From an uncultured archaeon (GTDB lineage: Archaea; Aenigmatarchaeota; Aenigmatarchaeia; QMZP01; JAFGSV01): a DNA stretch of 64,000 nt. Positions 18,528 to 27,540 of this stretch are shown one piece after another. Under the pieces are notes generated by a model. The model made no database searches, was not told the origin of the DNA, and saw only the letters and a program-made list of their open reading frames with translations. Positions within the stretch are counted from its first letter, which is position 1. Each line of letters opens with the position of its first letter. The translations under genes were made by a program, and so were the position numbers. Where the stretch lies: the NCBI GenBank assembly GCA_964559215.1, contig CAZLFZ010000003.1, forward strand, positions 18,779 to 82,778, read 5' to 3'.

Positions 18528-19028
18528 CTACTGTCGAATTTTGTACAATTTTCTTTGACACTTCAGTTCTGATACCAAAACCCCCCTTAGTTCTATCTCA
18601 CGCAGATATTCGCTGCACCCAGTCCTCGATAATTTCAGCAATTCGCTCAGTTGGGGGGCACCCAAGCTTCCATGCTGCTGAATTAACATGATTATCATTT
18701 CTTTTACCCTCATTTTTCTGACGCTCGGGCTGGTTTTCCCTTGACTGTTCGACTGGTACAAAAACATCAATTCGTCCATTTTCTCGGCAACTTCCTCGAG
18801 TCTGGTGTTCATCTCGTTAGTTCTGTCTTCAAGGCCGTGCTCCCTCACGTTGCCACTCCTGATGTTGTAGAGAACAATGACACCATCAGCCAGGAACTCC
18901 TCCACTCCTGTTGGACTGTATATCTTCGGGTCCTGGTTGGTCTCTGATATGAGGAACGTGTTGACATTCATCTCCTCGAAGAATCTGAAAAGCCGGTTTA
19001 TGTACAGCCTGTAGGTCTCGCCCTTCAT
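18528..19028 (-). CDS. chimeric ORF: C-terminal about 65 aa of a KaiC-like ATPase fused to the wHTH C-terminal domain of the 55679-56140 family (probable recombination remnant)
   Basis: Residues 1-66 (ETYRLYINRLFRFFEEMNVNTFLISETNQDPKIYSPTGVEEFLADGVIVLYNIRSGNVREHGLE) match the C-terminal third of the KaiC at 41728-42585. Residues 67-166 are about 88% identical to the C-terminal 100 aa of 55679-56140. The ATGA overlap with the KaiC stop at 19025-19028 indicates translational coupling. Confidence 0.6.
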   Translation of the reverse strand: MKGETYRLYINRLFRFFEEMNVNTFLISETNQDPKIYSPTGVEEFLADGVIVLYNIRSGNVREHGLEDRTNEMNTRLEEVAEKMDELMFLYQSNSQGKTSPSVRKMRVKEMIIMLIQQHGSLGAPQLSELLKLSRTGCSEYLREIELRGVLVSELKCQRKLYKIRQ

Positions 19029-19780
19029 GTCTTACGCATCGTTGCTATAGTCGGCGTCTTTATCTTAAGCAACTCCAGTCCCTTTTTGGTTATGGCAAAG
19101 GGGTGGATAAATGTTGAATGATCTGTTCTTCTCATCTTACTGATTAGCATAGTTCTGTTGTAGCGCTCTGCAACAGGAACGAACTCGAGGCCGATGACAG
19201 CATCCACAACGAATTCGGTCAATGCCTCCTCACCAAGAATTACCCCTTGTTCTGCTATCCCTTCTGTGAACATGGTCGTTACTCCAAGTTTCTTTAACAA
19301 TTTAGTAAGACTCATCAACGTAACTCTTGACGTGTATCGGTTCTGTATAAACATTTGCAGAATCGACACAGAATCGATAACCACCCGCTGCGCTTTCATC
19401 GATTTAACATCTTCAGCTATTTTATTGGTGAATTCAGATATGTACGCTTTTATGAGGCGGTCAGTCTTTTCCTCTTTGCCAGCAGCTAGGGGCATTACTG
19501 ATACGAACTTCAACAGCCCCTTTTTCTCCAAGGATTTCAGGTCCCAGCCAAACATCTTTTTAATATCCATCCGAATGTCATCCTCTTCTTGCTCGGTGGT
19601 GACATACAATCCCGGTTCTTTATTCAAAGCACCAGCATACAAGAAGGAAGAGCAGAAAGCGGTCTTCCCCGTCCCTGCTTTGCCCCTAATCAAAACAACA
19701 CTGTTATTTACAAATCCGCCTTCTATCTTTTCGTCGAAACCGATTACCCCGCTCTTCAGTCTTTCCTCACCCTCAGCCAT
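19025..19780 (-). CDS. single-domain KaiC-like RecA-superfamily ATPase
   Basis: Walker A GKAGTGKTAF, Walker B-like VVIDSVS, and an overall KaiC/RadA (COG0467) pattern; 251 aa. Confidence 0.9.
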   Translation of the reverse strand: MAEGEERLKSGVIGFDEKIEGGFVNNSVVLIRGKAGTGKTAFCSSFLYAGALNKEPGLYVTTEQEEDDIRMDIKKMFGWDLKSLEKKGLLKFVSVMPLAAGKEEKTDRLIKAYISEFTNKIAEDVKSMKAQRVVIDSVSILQMFIQNRYTSRVTLMSLTKLLKKLGVTTMFTEGIAEQGVILGEEALTEFVVDAVIGLEFVPVAERYNRTMLISKMRRTDHSTFIHPFAITKKGLELLKIKTPTIATMRKT

Positions 19781-19812
19781 AATATTTTTTACTCTAGATG
19801 ATTAAAATAGTT

Positions 19813-20540
19813 TTATTTCTTACCCTTGTTTTTCCCCACATCTTTCGCTTTTTTCTTTTTCTCTTTCCGCTGCTTGCCATAGTCCTTTTGCACGCGCTTT
19901 GTGTCCTCAGCGGTTTCCAGCAGTTTAGCCATACTCTTTTCTGCCTGTTCTTCTTTCTCAGCTTCTTCCTTGATGTGTTTCTCAATCGCCCTTACATCCT
20001 CCAGCTCCTCGAGCAATTCCAATCCCTTTTTTTGTTCTTCAGCATCTTTTTTGGTAAGCTTTGGGAGCTTTTTCAACTCCCCCTTTTTCTTCTCGTAGTC
20101 CTTTTGCACGCGTTTTATGTCCTCTAACTTTTCCATTAGTTCGTTTTCCCTCTTCCATATTTTTTCCTGCTTCTCGGCCTTCTGTTCGGACTCTTTTTCC
20201 AGGGCCTTGGTATTCTCCAGCTCCTCGAGCAGCTTCAGCTCTTTGTCCCTCTTCTCGATTTCTGATTTCTTCAGTTTCTTTACCTTTATCCTTGTTCCGG
20301 TCTTTTTCAACCATTTATCGTATTGTTTCTGTACCCCCTTCATATCCTCAGCTTTTTCGAGCACAGCAAACCATCTTTTCTCTTTCCTTCTCTTAACTTT
20401 CCTGTCAGTTTCTTTCTGAACGGCTTTTACATCTTCAAGCTCTTCAAGCATCTGCTCTGTTGCTATTTGCTTTGCCTTCTCCTTCTTTCTCGGCTCCCTT
20501 GTTTTTTTCGGCAAGCCGGAGGGGAGTCTCGCCCCTGACA
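19813..20540. repeat. tandem coding repeats of about 215-220 bp (6 copies of the LEELEDxKxVQKDY motif) in the cytoplasmic tail
   Basis: Recurring DNA strings ctccagctcctcgagca (about 19995, 20215), gtccttttgcacgcg (about 19883, 20098) and tcttcaagctcttcaagca (about 20437). These generate the low-complexity artefact ORFs seen on the plus strand. Confidence 0.6.
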
Positions 20541-23500
20541 GTTTCCAGGCCCACAATATCCAGAAAATGAATGCAAGTGCTATGAGTATGAACTGCCACA
20601 GTTCGTCAGGGATGTGTGTCACTATTTCCCATGTGTAGGTTTTCTCGATCCAGACGATACCGGCGATCATTGCCAGATTGCTGAGATGCATGAGCGGCAG
20701 GCCAATGACCAATCCCAGCGCCCTCTTTCTGCCCGTGACACCCACCGTAGCTAATACAAGCGCTGCGTAGATGAGTAGGGACTCCAATCCCGTCACCTGC
20801 ACAGCTCTGGTGACGGCATCAGCAAGTGGGATGAAACCCAGCACATTCGTGATGAAAAGTACTTCTTCCCTGACGACTGCCTGCACAATGCTCATGTCGG
20901 GACGCAGCCAGCGTATAAGATACACCGGGATGCAGAACACGAGAAGCCGGAGCGCAAAGTACAAGAGGTATACCCCCTTCCGCTGCATCGCACTCGATTT
21001 CGTTGAGGCGATGGCCCACCTGAGCGAACGTAAAATCAGTACGGGGAACTTAAAGAGCTGCGAAAGAATGTACCGGGGCCGCACGATTTCGTGTAGCTTC
21101 TTTCCATTTTCCTCTATTAGACTGCTTATCTCAAGCAGCCTGTCATGCTCTTTGGTGATTATCTTCAGGTACGTGGCTTTATCGATTTGCCTGGTGAAAT
21201 ACTGAGCCTCTGTTGATTCTTCTGTTTTGGCAGTTATTTTTGCCTCTTCTCCCAACTTCCTGGTCTCTTTTTTCAGCCTGTAGAGGGGGATGAAGAGCTG
21301 GGTTGTAAAGAAGCTTGCGAAGAAGATGGCAAGTGCTATTCCTGTGATGTACCATTTGTTCTCAAACAGGAACTTTTGAATCCCCACCCTGGCTAATCCA
21401 AGTCCAATTTCATTAATCCCCATTTCTATCCTGGAAATTGAAATCCTTAATTCTTCCAGATCGTCCATTTTTATAGCATCCATTGACTCCGAAATCGTTT
21501 TTTCGATGTTCTTTACCTTTCCATGCAAGGCGCCAACATCAACGCCTGCCTTGGCATACTCATTGACCCTTAAAACCAAGTCTGGTACCTGTTTTTCCAG
21601 CCCATTTAAAGAAGTAATCAAGGGGTTTTCAAGCACAACGATATTTACACTTTTACTTTTCTCCAAATCAGCAGTGCCTATTCTAACAGTTAGCAAATAC
21701 TCTCTCAACTCTGTGTTAAGGGGCACGTGGATAATTACCGAAAAATCTATTTCGCCCTTAACGGGCAAATAAAATTCTTTGTCTATGAAGACAGCACAAC
21801 ACTCCTTTGTTATGTTAGAGCTCAGGTTGAGATCAAGGTTTCCCATGTTAGCAATGGAGCCGATAACCGTCCCGTTCTCACCCCCAACTATTTCAATAAC
21901 CCTGGTGTCAACTGTCACGTTAAAATTCTCAGTCCAAATTATGCATGCCGGGTCTCTGGCACAGTCTGTGTCACCGCAATCCACAAATCCGTCACAATCG
22001 TTGTCAAGCCCATCAGAGCAATTCTTTGGAGTTGGGACACATGTAACATTGCTTATGTTGCCGACAATGCTGGGTCCTCTTCCCCTACTTGGCGGGGGCT
22101 CTGCGGCTTCCTCGGCTTTCGTTTTAAGTGATAAAGAGCCAGGTCCTGTGTTGTTATACTCGTCTGTTGCATTAGCCGTCAAGTAAAATTCGATTCCTGG
22201 TGTTGAGGATGACCTGCAGTCAGCGGAAATGTTGTAATACAAATCACCGGTTCTTTCCAGTGAAAAATTGCCGTTGGGGCAAAACAGGGCCACGTTCACG
22301 GTGTAACCCAATAGTTCATTTCTTGAGTTATACACCTCTATCTGGGGTATGGGGGATATCCCGGAATTGGCAGAATACTCGGTCCCGGCAGGGGGCTGGG
22401 TGAATACGGGAAGCAGGCTGGAGCTTACGTTGAAATACCATGTACCGTTTCCCCTATTCTCCTGTTTTGACACATTTGCAAACATGGTGCAGTTTCCAGC
22501 TGGGTCGCTTTCATTTATCTGATAAGTATAGGTTGTGTTGGTTTCGTTGAATATCATTGCTTCGCTCTGGTTATATCTCGTCAGATTAACGGTCCAATTA
22601 ACCGAACTTACCAAATTGTCATTAACATCATAAACCTTGAGTGTCAGGGTTTCCCCTCTGCTATAAACAGATTCGTTCGTGGTCAGATTTAACGTGTACG
22701 AATCACTGACGTAGAAGGTGAGATTTTCCGGACAGCCCACATCCTCCCCGCTCTTTTTTTCATTATTGCCAATATCTACCGCTGTTATTCTTATCGTACA
22801 ATTCCCTGTTCGGTTTAATTCAAGGTTTTCTACATTATTTCCAGCACCGAATTTAAATTGCCAGATATCACTCGAAATCTTTTCCAAAGTCCCATTAACG
22901 CTGATGTTATCAGGATAGGTGATGTTGGCTCTTACAGATACGAGACTCACGTCATCTGTGGCATTCACAAAAATTGAAAGGGAAGTGAAAAGATTTGTTT
23001 TGTTCACCCCTATCCCACTGTAGTTGAACCAGAAATCGGTCACATTTGGTGGTATGGGGTCTTCCAGTATAACATCTATTGACAGTGAAGAATAGTTAAA
23101 CCCTCCCTCTCTGGTGCTGGAATTCACATAAGTCGTTGTGTTTGTCACGCCAACAGCACTTGCGTTTATGCTCCAATTAACAGAAGAAGAGGAGCCACTC
23201 GGGATAAAAGATATGTTTTTCGTCCAATTTTCACCAGCGCTTATGTTCAAGATAGTCTGATTCTCGATACTAAGGTTTATGGTTAAATTCCTGAGATCGC
23301 CATTGTCCGCGGAAACCAGGGTTTTGTACGTCTTTGTTTCGCCCTTAATTATGACTTCCGGCGCATCTATCGACACCAGGGACTCTCCAAAATTGACCAC
23401 AAAGCTTGCATTATTCCTGACAGAACTATCCTGGGTGTAAACGGTGGCGTTAACGATGTGAGCACCGGACAGTGTTATGTTCGTGTAATTAAACTCATAG

Positions 23501-25857
23501 ACATAGCACATGGAAACTCTTTCCTCTGCTGTAAATAATCTGAACTCATAGATTATCAGGACAGCTGACGAGGAGTGATTTACCCTTATTTGGTTTGTTC
23601 TGAAGGGCGAGAATCCGGAAAATTCAGTCAAATTCTTGTCGTCGGGCGGGTTCACATCGGTGAAAAGAGGCATCCATGCACCGCTTTTTTTGTATAAAAT
23701 AGAAACATTTGCCTGACCGGCGCCATCCTCCCATAAGGCCTCGATTCTATCAAAGGTATAGCTGTCATTCAGCGTTATCTCAAGCCATGATGGGGTTTCA
23801 TCGCCAATCCAGGCAGTGTCAGTATTGTTGTCTATAGACAAGTTGCAGGACCCGACGTTGCAATTACCGCTTGTCCCTAAGTCAAGTAGCGCAACATTTT
23901 GACCTGTTCCTGTCCCAGCTTCTACACATTCGCTTTCATTTAGAATAGCAACCAATGCAGAGCTTGTGAAATCAACCCCAGCTAAATAGGGCTTTTCTAT
24001 GCTGAAGTTCAGCATATTTATGGGTGTCACATTTCCCACCACCTCTGTCCTTAGGGTTGTGTCGCCTGTGATGTTTATTGTGCTTGGAAATACAGTAATG
24101 TCTGGTAAAATAACTTCGTGTGAAATAGAATCCTCAGCACCAGTGCCATTGGCAGGGGTTGCATGCAAAGAGACACGTGTAAATCCTTCCTGTTTTGACT
24201 CTGCTTCCCATTTCACCGTTATTGTTGTCCCGTTTGTAATATTATACAGCTCCGGTTTGGACCACGTTCCCCCGGGGGTGAGGTTCAGAACACTTCGGTC
24301 CGTGATATTTAAAGTCAAATTCACCTGCATCAAATCCCCGTTTATAGCGGTAACGTTTACAGTGATGTTGCACGTTTGATTAGCAAGAATTCTGAAATTT
24401 GGAAAGATGAACTGGAGCTCAGTTGAGCCAAAACCCACCTCAAAGGAAAGATTGGTATAATCTTCAAAGTTTATATTCCCCAGGGTATCGTTTGCCCAGA
24501 CTTGCATTACATTATATGTTCCTAGCTGAGAAGTATCGTTCCACTCATAGATCCAGAAATCAGTGCCACTAGAATTAGAAAGAGTTACATTAACCTCTGT
24601 CCCATTTGGATACATAAAAGTCGCATTAACCGCGCTAACACCACTCGTGTCGTTTACTGTTACATTGAACAACACTCCATGACCAGGCTGGATTTTCGTC
24701 TCGTTCAACTGCGGGTTTGAAATTGTTGGACCTGTTGTATCATAGCTTAGTGTCTTCCATGCAGTACAATTATAGGTACCAGAGCAGTAGAATTCCATCT
24801 TTACTGGTATACCACCAACCCATTCAAGACACTCCCATTGTTGACAGACCTTCTTTGTTTCATCCCAAAAACTACAGTTCCATCTGTCACAGTAGTAGTC
24901 TGTTTCTGAGAATGCTCCATCGATTGAGCCTAAACACTCCCATTGATCGCAATAATTTCCATTCCAAGCAGAGCAATTCCATCCATTTGAACAATACCTG
25001 TCATACTCCTCTGAACTTTCAGCCCATGCTGTGCAGTTCCAAGCCTCGCAAACATCTCCATTCCAAACTATACAATCCCATACACCAGAACAATAAGAGT
25101 CTGCCTTTTGAGTTGATCCCTGAGCCCATTCGGTGCAATTCCAAATGTCACAATTAGTTCCGTTCCAGTTTGTACAGTTCCAGATGCCAGTAGAATAGTA
25201 ATCAGAGTCGTCATTTTCACTAAGAGACCAAGCTGTACAGTTCCAGTATCCACAATACCCCCCATTCCACTCTAGGCAATCCCAGTCACCAGAACAATAC
25301 ATAAGTCGTCTATCTTTTCCGCTGTTTGTCCACCCCTCGCACTTGTATTCTGCACAAGTAACCCCATTCCAACGTGTGCAGTTCCAGTTGCCTATACAGT
25401 ATTTTGACTGCTTGTCATCATCATATGTCCATGCCGTGCAGTTCCATAATTCACACTTCTCTGTAGTCTGTCCATAATCATTTAACTGGATTGGGGATTC
25501 ATCAAAATTATTGCCATCTGCCGGTCCCTTATCACTTACCCAAAAACCTTCAGACGACATAAAGAATGCGAGTGTCGCTTTTGGAGTAGCTGATACTAAA
25601 GGAATAAAGAAAAAAATGGTAAATAAAGAAATTAAGAAAACACCGAAAAACATACCTCCTTTTTTTCTACGCAGGATGTTTCTAAAAGGTCTCCGCCTGG
25701 GCTTGTGTTTCTTTCTAATTTCTTTCAACTTTTTTGTTGCCCCAGAGAAATCCTGACCAAGATAAACGTTGATGACCCGGCCATCCTTGTCCCTGAAGCT
25801 TTCATAATAATAAGGCCCGTGAATTTTTTTGCCTCTTTTTATATACTTCTTGTACAC
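19813..25857 (-). CDS. giant cell-surface glycoprotein (2014 aa): cytoplasmic N-terminal motif, signal-anchor, Cys/Trp repeat array, sequon-rich Ig/CARDB-like region, multi-TM segment and Lys/Glu-rich cytoplasmic repeat tail
   Basis: Complete ORF in the track. N-terminus MYKKYIKRGKKIHGPYYYESFRDKDG followed by TM FFGVFLISLFTIFFFIPLV. About 7 copies of WNCTAW..YCSG.W(N/D)C..WNG..C. More than 100 NxS/T sequons. About 7 predicted TM helices near the C-terminus, then LEELEDVKAVQK(D/E)Y repeats. Confidence 0.85.
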   Translation of the reverse strand: MYKKYIKRGKKIHGPYYYESFRDKDGRVINVYLGQDFSGATKKLKEIRKKHKPRRRPFRNILRRKKGGMFFGVFLISLFTIFFFIPLVSATPKATLAFFMSSEGFWVSDKGPADGNNFDESPIQLNDYGQTTEKCELWNCTAWTYDDDKQSKYCIGNWNCTRWNGVTCAEYKCEGWTNSGKDRRLMYCSGDWDCLEWNGGYCGYWNCTAWSLSENDDSDYYSTGIWNCTNWNGTNCDIWNCTEWAQGSTQKADSYCSGVWDCIVWNGDVCEAWNCTAWAESSEEYDRYCSNGWNCSAWNGNYCDQWECLGSIDGAFSETDYYCDRWNCSFWDETKKVCQQWECLEWVGGIPVKMEFYCSGTYNCTAWKTLSYDTTGPTISNPQLNETKIQPGHGVLFNVTVNDTSGVSAVNATFMYPNGTEVNVTLSNSSGTDFWIYEWNDTSQLGTYNVMQVWANDTLGNINFEDYTNLSFEVGFGSTELQFIFPNFRILANQTCNITVNVTAINGDLMQVNLTLNITDRSVLNLTPGGTWSKPELYNITNGTTITVKWEAESKQEGFTRVSLHATPANGTGAEDSISHEVILPDITVFPSTINITGDTTLRTEVVGNVTPINMLNFSIEKPYLAGVDFTSSALVAILNESECVEAGTGTGQNVALLDLGTSGNCNVGSCNLSIDNNTDTAWIGDETPSWLEITLNDSYTFDRIEALWEDGAGQANVSILYKKSGAWMPLFTDVNPPDDKNLTEFSGFSPFRTNQIRVNHSSSAVLIIYEFRLFTAEERVSMCYVYEFNYTNITLSGAHIVNATVYTQDSSVRNNASFVVNFGESLVSIDAPEVIIKGETKTYKTLVSADNGDLRNLTINLSIENQTILNISAGENWTKNISFIPSGSSSSVNWSINASAVGVTNTTTYVNSSTREGGFNYSSLSIDVILEDPIPPNVTDFWFNYSGIGVNKTNLFTSLSIFVNATDDVSLVSVRANITYPDNISVNGTLEKISSDIWQFKFGAGNNVENLELNRTGNCTIRITAVDIGNNEKKSGEDVGCPENLTFYVSDSYTLNLTTNESVYSRGETLTLKVYDVNDNLVSSVNWTVNLTRYNQSEAMIFNETNTTYTYQINESDPAGNCTMFANVSKQENRGNGTWYFNVSSSLLPVFTQPPAGTEYSANSGISPIPQIEVYNSRNELLGYTVNVALFCPNGNFSLERTGDLYYNISADCRSSSTPGIEFYLTANATDEYNNTGPGSLSLKTKAEEAAEPPPSRGRGPSIVGNISNVTCVPTPKNCSDGLDNDCDGFVDCGDTDCARDPACIIWTENFNVTVDTRVIEIVGGENGTVIGSIANMGNLDLNLSSNITKECCAVFIDKEFYLPVKGEIDFSVIIHVPLNTELREYLLTVRIGTADLEKSKSVNIVVLENPLITSLNGLEKQVPDLVLRVNEYAKAGVDVGALHGKVKNIEKTISESMDAIKMDDLEELRISISRIEMGINEIGLGLARVGIQKFLFENKWYITGIALAIFFASFFTTQLFIPLYRLKKETRKLGEEAKITAKTEESTEAQYFTRQIDKATYLKIITKEHDRLLEISSLIEENGKKLHEIVRPRYILSQLFKFPVLILRSLRWAIASTKSSAMQRKGVYLLYFALRLLVFCIPVYLIRWLRPDMSIVQAVVREEVLFITNVLGFIPLADAVTRAVQVTGLESLLIYAALVLATVGVTGRKRALGLVIGLPLMHLSNLAMIAGIVWIEKTYTWEIVTHIPDELWQFILIALAFIFWILWAWKLSGARLPSGLPKKTREPRKKEKAKQIATEQMLEELEDVKAVQKETDRKVKRRKEKRWFAVLEKAEDMKGVQKQYDKWLKKTGTRIKVKKLKKSEIEKRDKELKLLEELENTKALEKESEQKAEKQEKIWKRENELMEKLEDIKRVQKDYEKKKGELKKLPKLTKKDAEEQKKGLELLEELEDVRAIEKHIKEEAEKEEQAEKSMAKLLETAEDTKRVQKDYGKQRKEKKKKAKDVGKNKGKK
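24750..25440. repeat. array of about 34-residue Cys/Trp-rich repeats (WNCTAW..(x11)..YCSGxW(N/D)CxxWNGxxC) within the giant protein
   Basis: Visible in the translation: WNCTAWTYDDD.., WNCTRWNGVTC, WDCLEWNGGYCGYWNCTAWSL.., WNCTNWNGTNCDIWNCTEWAQ.., WDCIVWNGDVCEAWNCTAWAE.., WNCSAWNGNYCDQWECLG.., WNCSFWDE... Each unit carries an N-C-T sequon. Confidence 0.65.
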
Positions 25858-26083
25858 CAGCTCACCAACTACTTGCCTTATTTTCGCATCCAGGAATAGC
25901 TAATTGATAGCTAATTATTACTAATTATTATATTGTAAGTAACCTTTAATAAAGAGCTGGTTAAACCCACATGTTTGGTGAGCTTTCATTACCTCATAAT
26001 CGGGCGCATTCACCTGTTACTTACATTAATGGAATGGGTAAGAAACTGAAATGTTCGACGACTGAAACGTTATCAATTGGATG

Positions 26084-26854
26084 CTATTGTTTGTCAAAAA
26101 GGCTCTGCGCCTGGACATCTATCCCTTTGTTGGTAATCGTGAAATTGTAATACCCTTCGGTGAACGCAGAGCCACGTATCTTTTGTATGCTCAATCCCCT
26201 ATATGCTTTCCCCTCGCTATGCACATAGTCTAATTGTATGACCCCGTCAGCAATGAATTTCAACTGTTGCCAGTAGCCTGTTTCCGCCTCAACGGTAACC
26301 AGGGCGGTGACACCCAATTTTGCTATGTGTTTAAAGAAGGTCATGGCTCCCATCCTCGCCAGCGACTCAGAATCTGCCATCAAACTGATCGCGGTCAGGG
26401 GGTCTATGACCAAGCGTCGTGCACCAATTTCATTGACCGCCTCCTTGATAAGTTCAATGAGCGTATTGGTCGAAAGAAAATGGACACTTTTTTGGGCTTG
26501 TGACGTTGAACTAGTATATGCCGATAAAGCATTCTCAATATCACTAGAGACCGCCCTTATGTAAGGGATCACGCGGACCAAGTTTTCCCTTTCCAGTTTC
26601 TCTAGATCCCAGCCAAAGGATTTGATATTGCTTAACATCTTTGGCTTATCTTCTTCCAGATTGACGAGGACGCCCGGCTCCTTGAACTTGGCTGCACCAT
26701 TATAGATGAACTCCAACCCAAATATAGTCTTCCCTGTTCCGCAACCGCCAGTAATCACATAGATTTTCTTTTCTGGCAACCCTCCGTTTAAGAGTTCATC
26801 TAACCCTGCTATCCCGGTTTTGACCCGTTTCGGACCTGGTCTTTTTTCGCCCAT
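26084..26854 (-). CDS. single-domain KaiC-like ATPase
   Basis: GIAGLDELLNGGLP, Walker A GGCGTGKTIF, ..LVIDPLTA..; 256 aa. Confidence 0.9.
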   Translation of the reverse strand: MGEKRPGPKRVKTGIAGLDELLNGGLPEKKIYVITGGCGTGKTIFGLEFIYNGAAKFKEPGVLVNLEEDKPKMLSNIKSFGWDLEKLERENLVRVIPYIRAVSSDIENALSAYTSSTSQAQKSVHFLSTNTLIELIKEAVNEIGARRLVIDPLTAISLMADSESLARMGAMTFFKHIAKLGVTALVTVEAETGYWQQLKFIADGVIQLDYVHSEGKAYRGLSIQKIRGSAFTEGYYNFTITNKGIDVQAQSLFDKQ

Positions 26855-26861
26855 TTTCCCT

Positions 26862-27410
26862 TCACCTACCCTTTTCCTTACCCGTAAATATAATTTTATC
26901 AGAAAACATGCCCAAGTTTTTTATGAAATCTTCGTGCGCATCTTCTTCGAGACAGATAAAAATGCACCCCTTCTCAGATATTCTAAGCTTCGATACCAGC
27001 AAGTGCGTGAACTTGATGGCACTTGCCTGACTCCCATAGACCAAAAGGGTGGACAAGGAATCAAACAAGATGCAATCCACGTGCATGAGCAATGCCTTGG
27101 TAACCGTTATGCTCAATTCGGTGAGCGCATCAGGAGAAGATACAAATAACACCTGCCCTTCTTTCTGTTTTTCATCTACCCCCTTTACACAATCTATAAA
27201 AAGTATCTTCTTCGTATCGATTCCTCCCCCTTTAAATTCCTTTGTCAAGGTCGTGTACGGCTTGTTAAGAGACAAGTAACATATCATATTATGAATCTTT
27301 GTAGCAGCGCCAACAATCTCCTCTAGGGCGGTTCTATAGTTTTTGCTGGGAACAACAAAAACAACGACTTGATTTTCCTTCATCTCCATCTCTAGGTTTA
27401 TTTTCAGCAT
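26862..27410 (-). CDS. Walker-A-less KaiC/RecA-fold small protein (MEDS-like), 182 aa; operon partner of the KaiC at 26084-26854 (7-nt gap)
   Basis: Aligns along the KaiC core, but the P-loop is replaced (VVVFVVPSKNYRTALEEI). Conserved FIDCV ... ILFDSLSTLLVY ... FICLEED shared with three paralogs in the window. Confidence 0.75.
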   Translation of the reverse strand: MLKINLEMEMKENQVVVFVVPSKNYRTALEEIVGAATKIHNMICYLSLNKPYTTLTKEFKGGGIDTKKILFIDCVKGVDEKQKEGQVLFVSSPDALTELSITVTKALLMHVDCILFDSLSTLLVYGSQASAIKFTHLLVSKLRISEKGCIFICLEEDAHEDFIKNLGMFSDKIIFTGKEKGR

Positions 27411-27540
27411 CGTTACCTCGCGCTTCTACAGATCACGATTCGTGTTATGTTTTTCGTATTTTATTTTTATATGCTCTGCTTAATTAAGTTTTGGTAAGAA
27501 GCCTCATATTTATTAACGAAGAGAATACTTAAGATTTAAT

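Noticed and set aside
18528-19028. Alternative reading of the chimeric ORF as a bona fide second KaiC domain gene
   Set aside because: It contains only the C-terminal third of a KaiC domain (no Walker A or B) and then switches abruptly to the wHTH paralog sequence. A remnant or fusion is more parsimonious, though expression cannot be excluded.
19798-20538. Several plus-strand low-complexity ORFs (19798-20127, 20061-20396, 20117-20419, 20323-20538)
   Set aside because: They are generated by the tandem 216-bp coding repeats of the minus-strand giant gene tail. Ser/Phe/Leu-rich nonsense translations.
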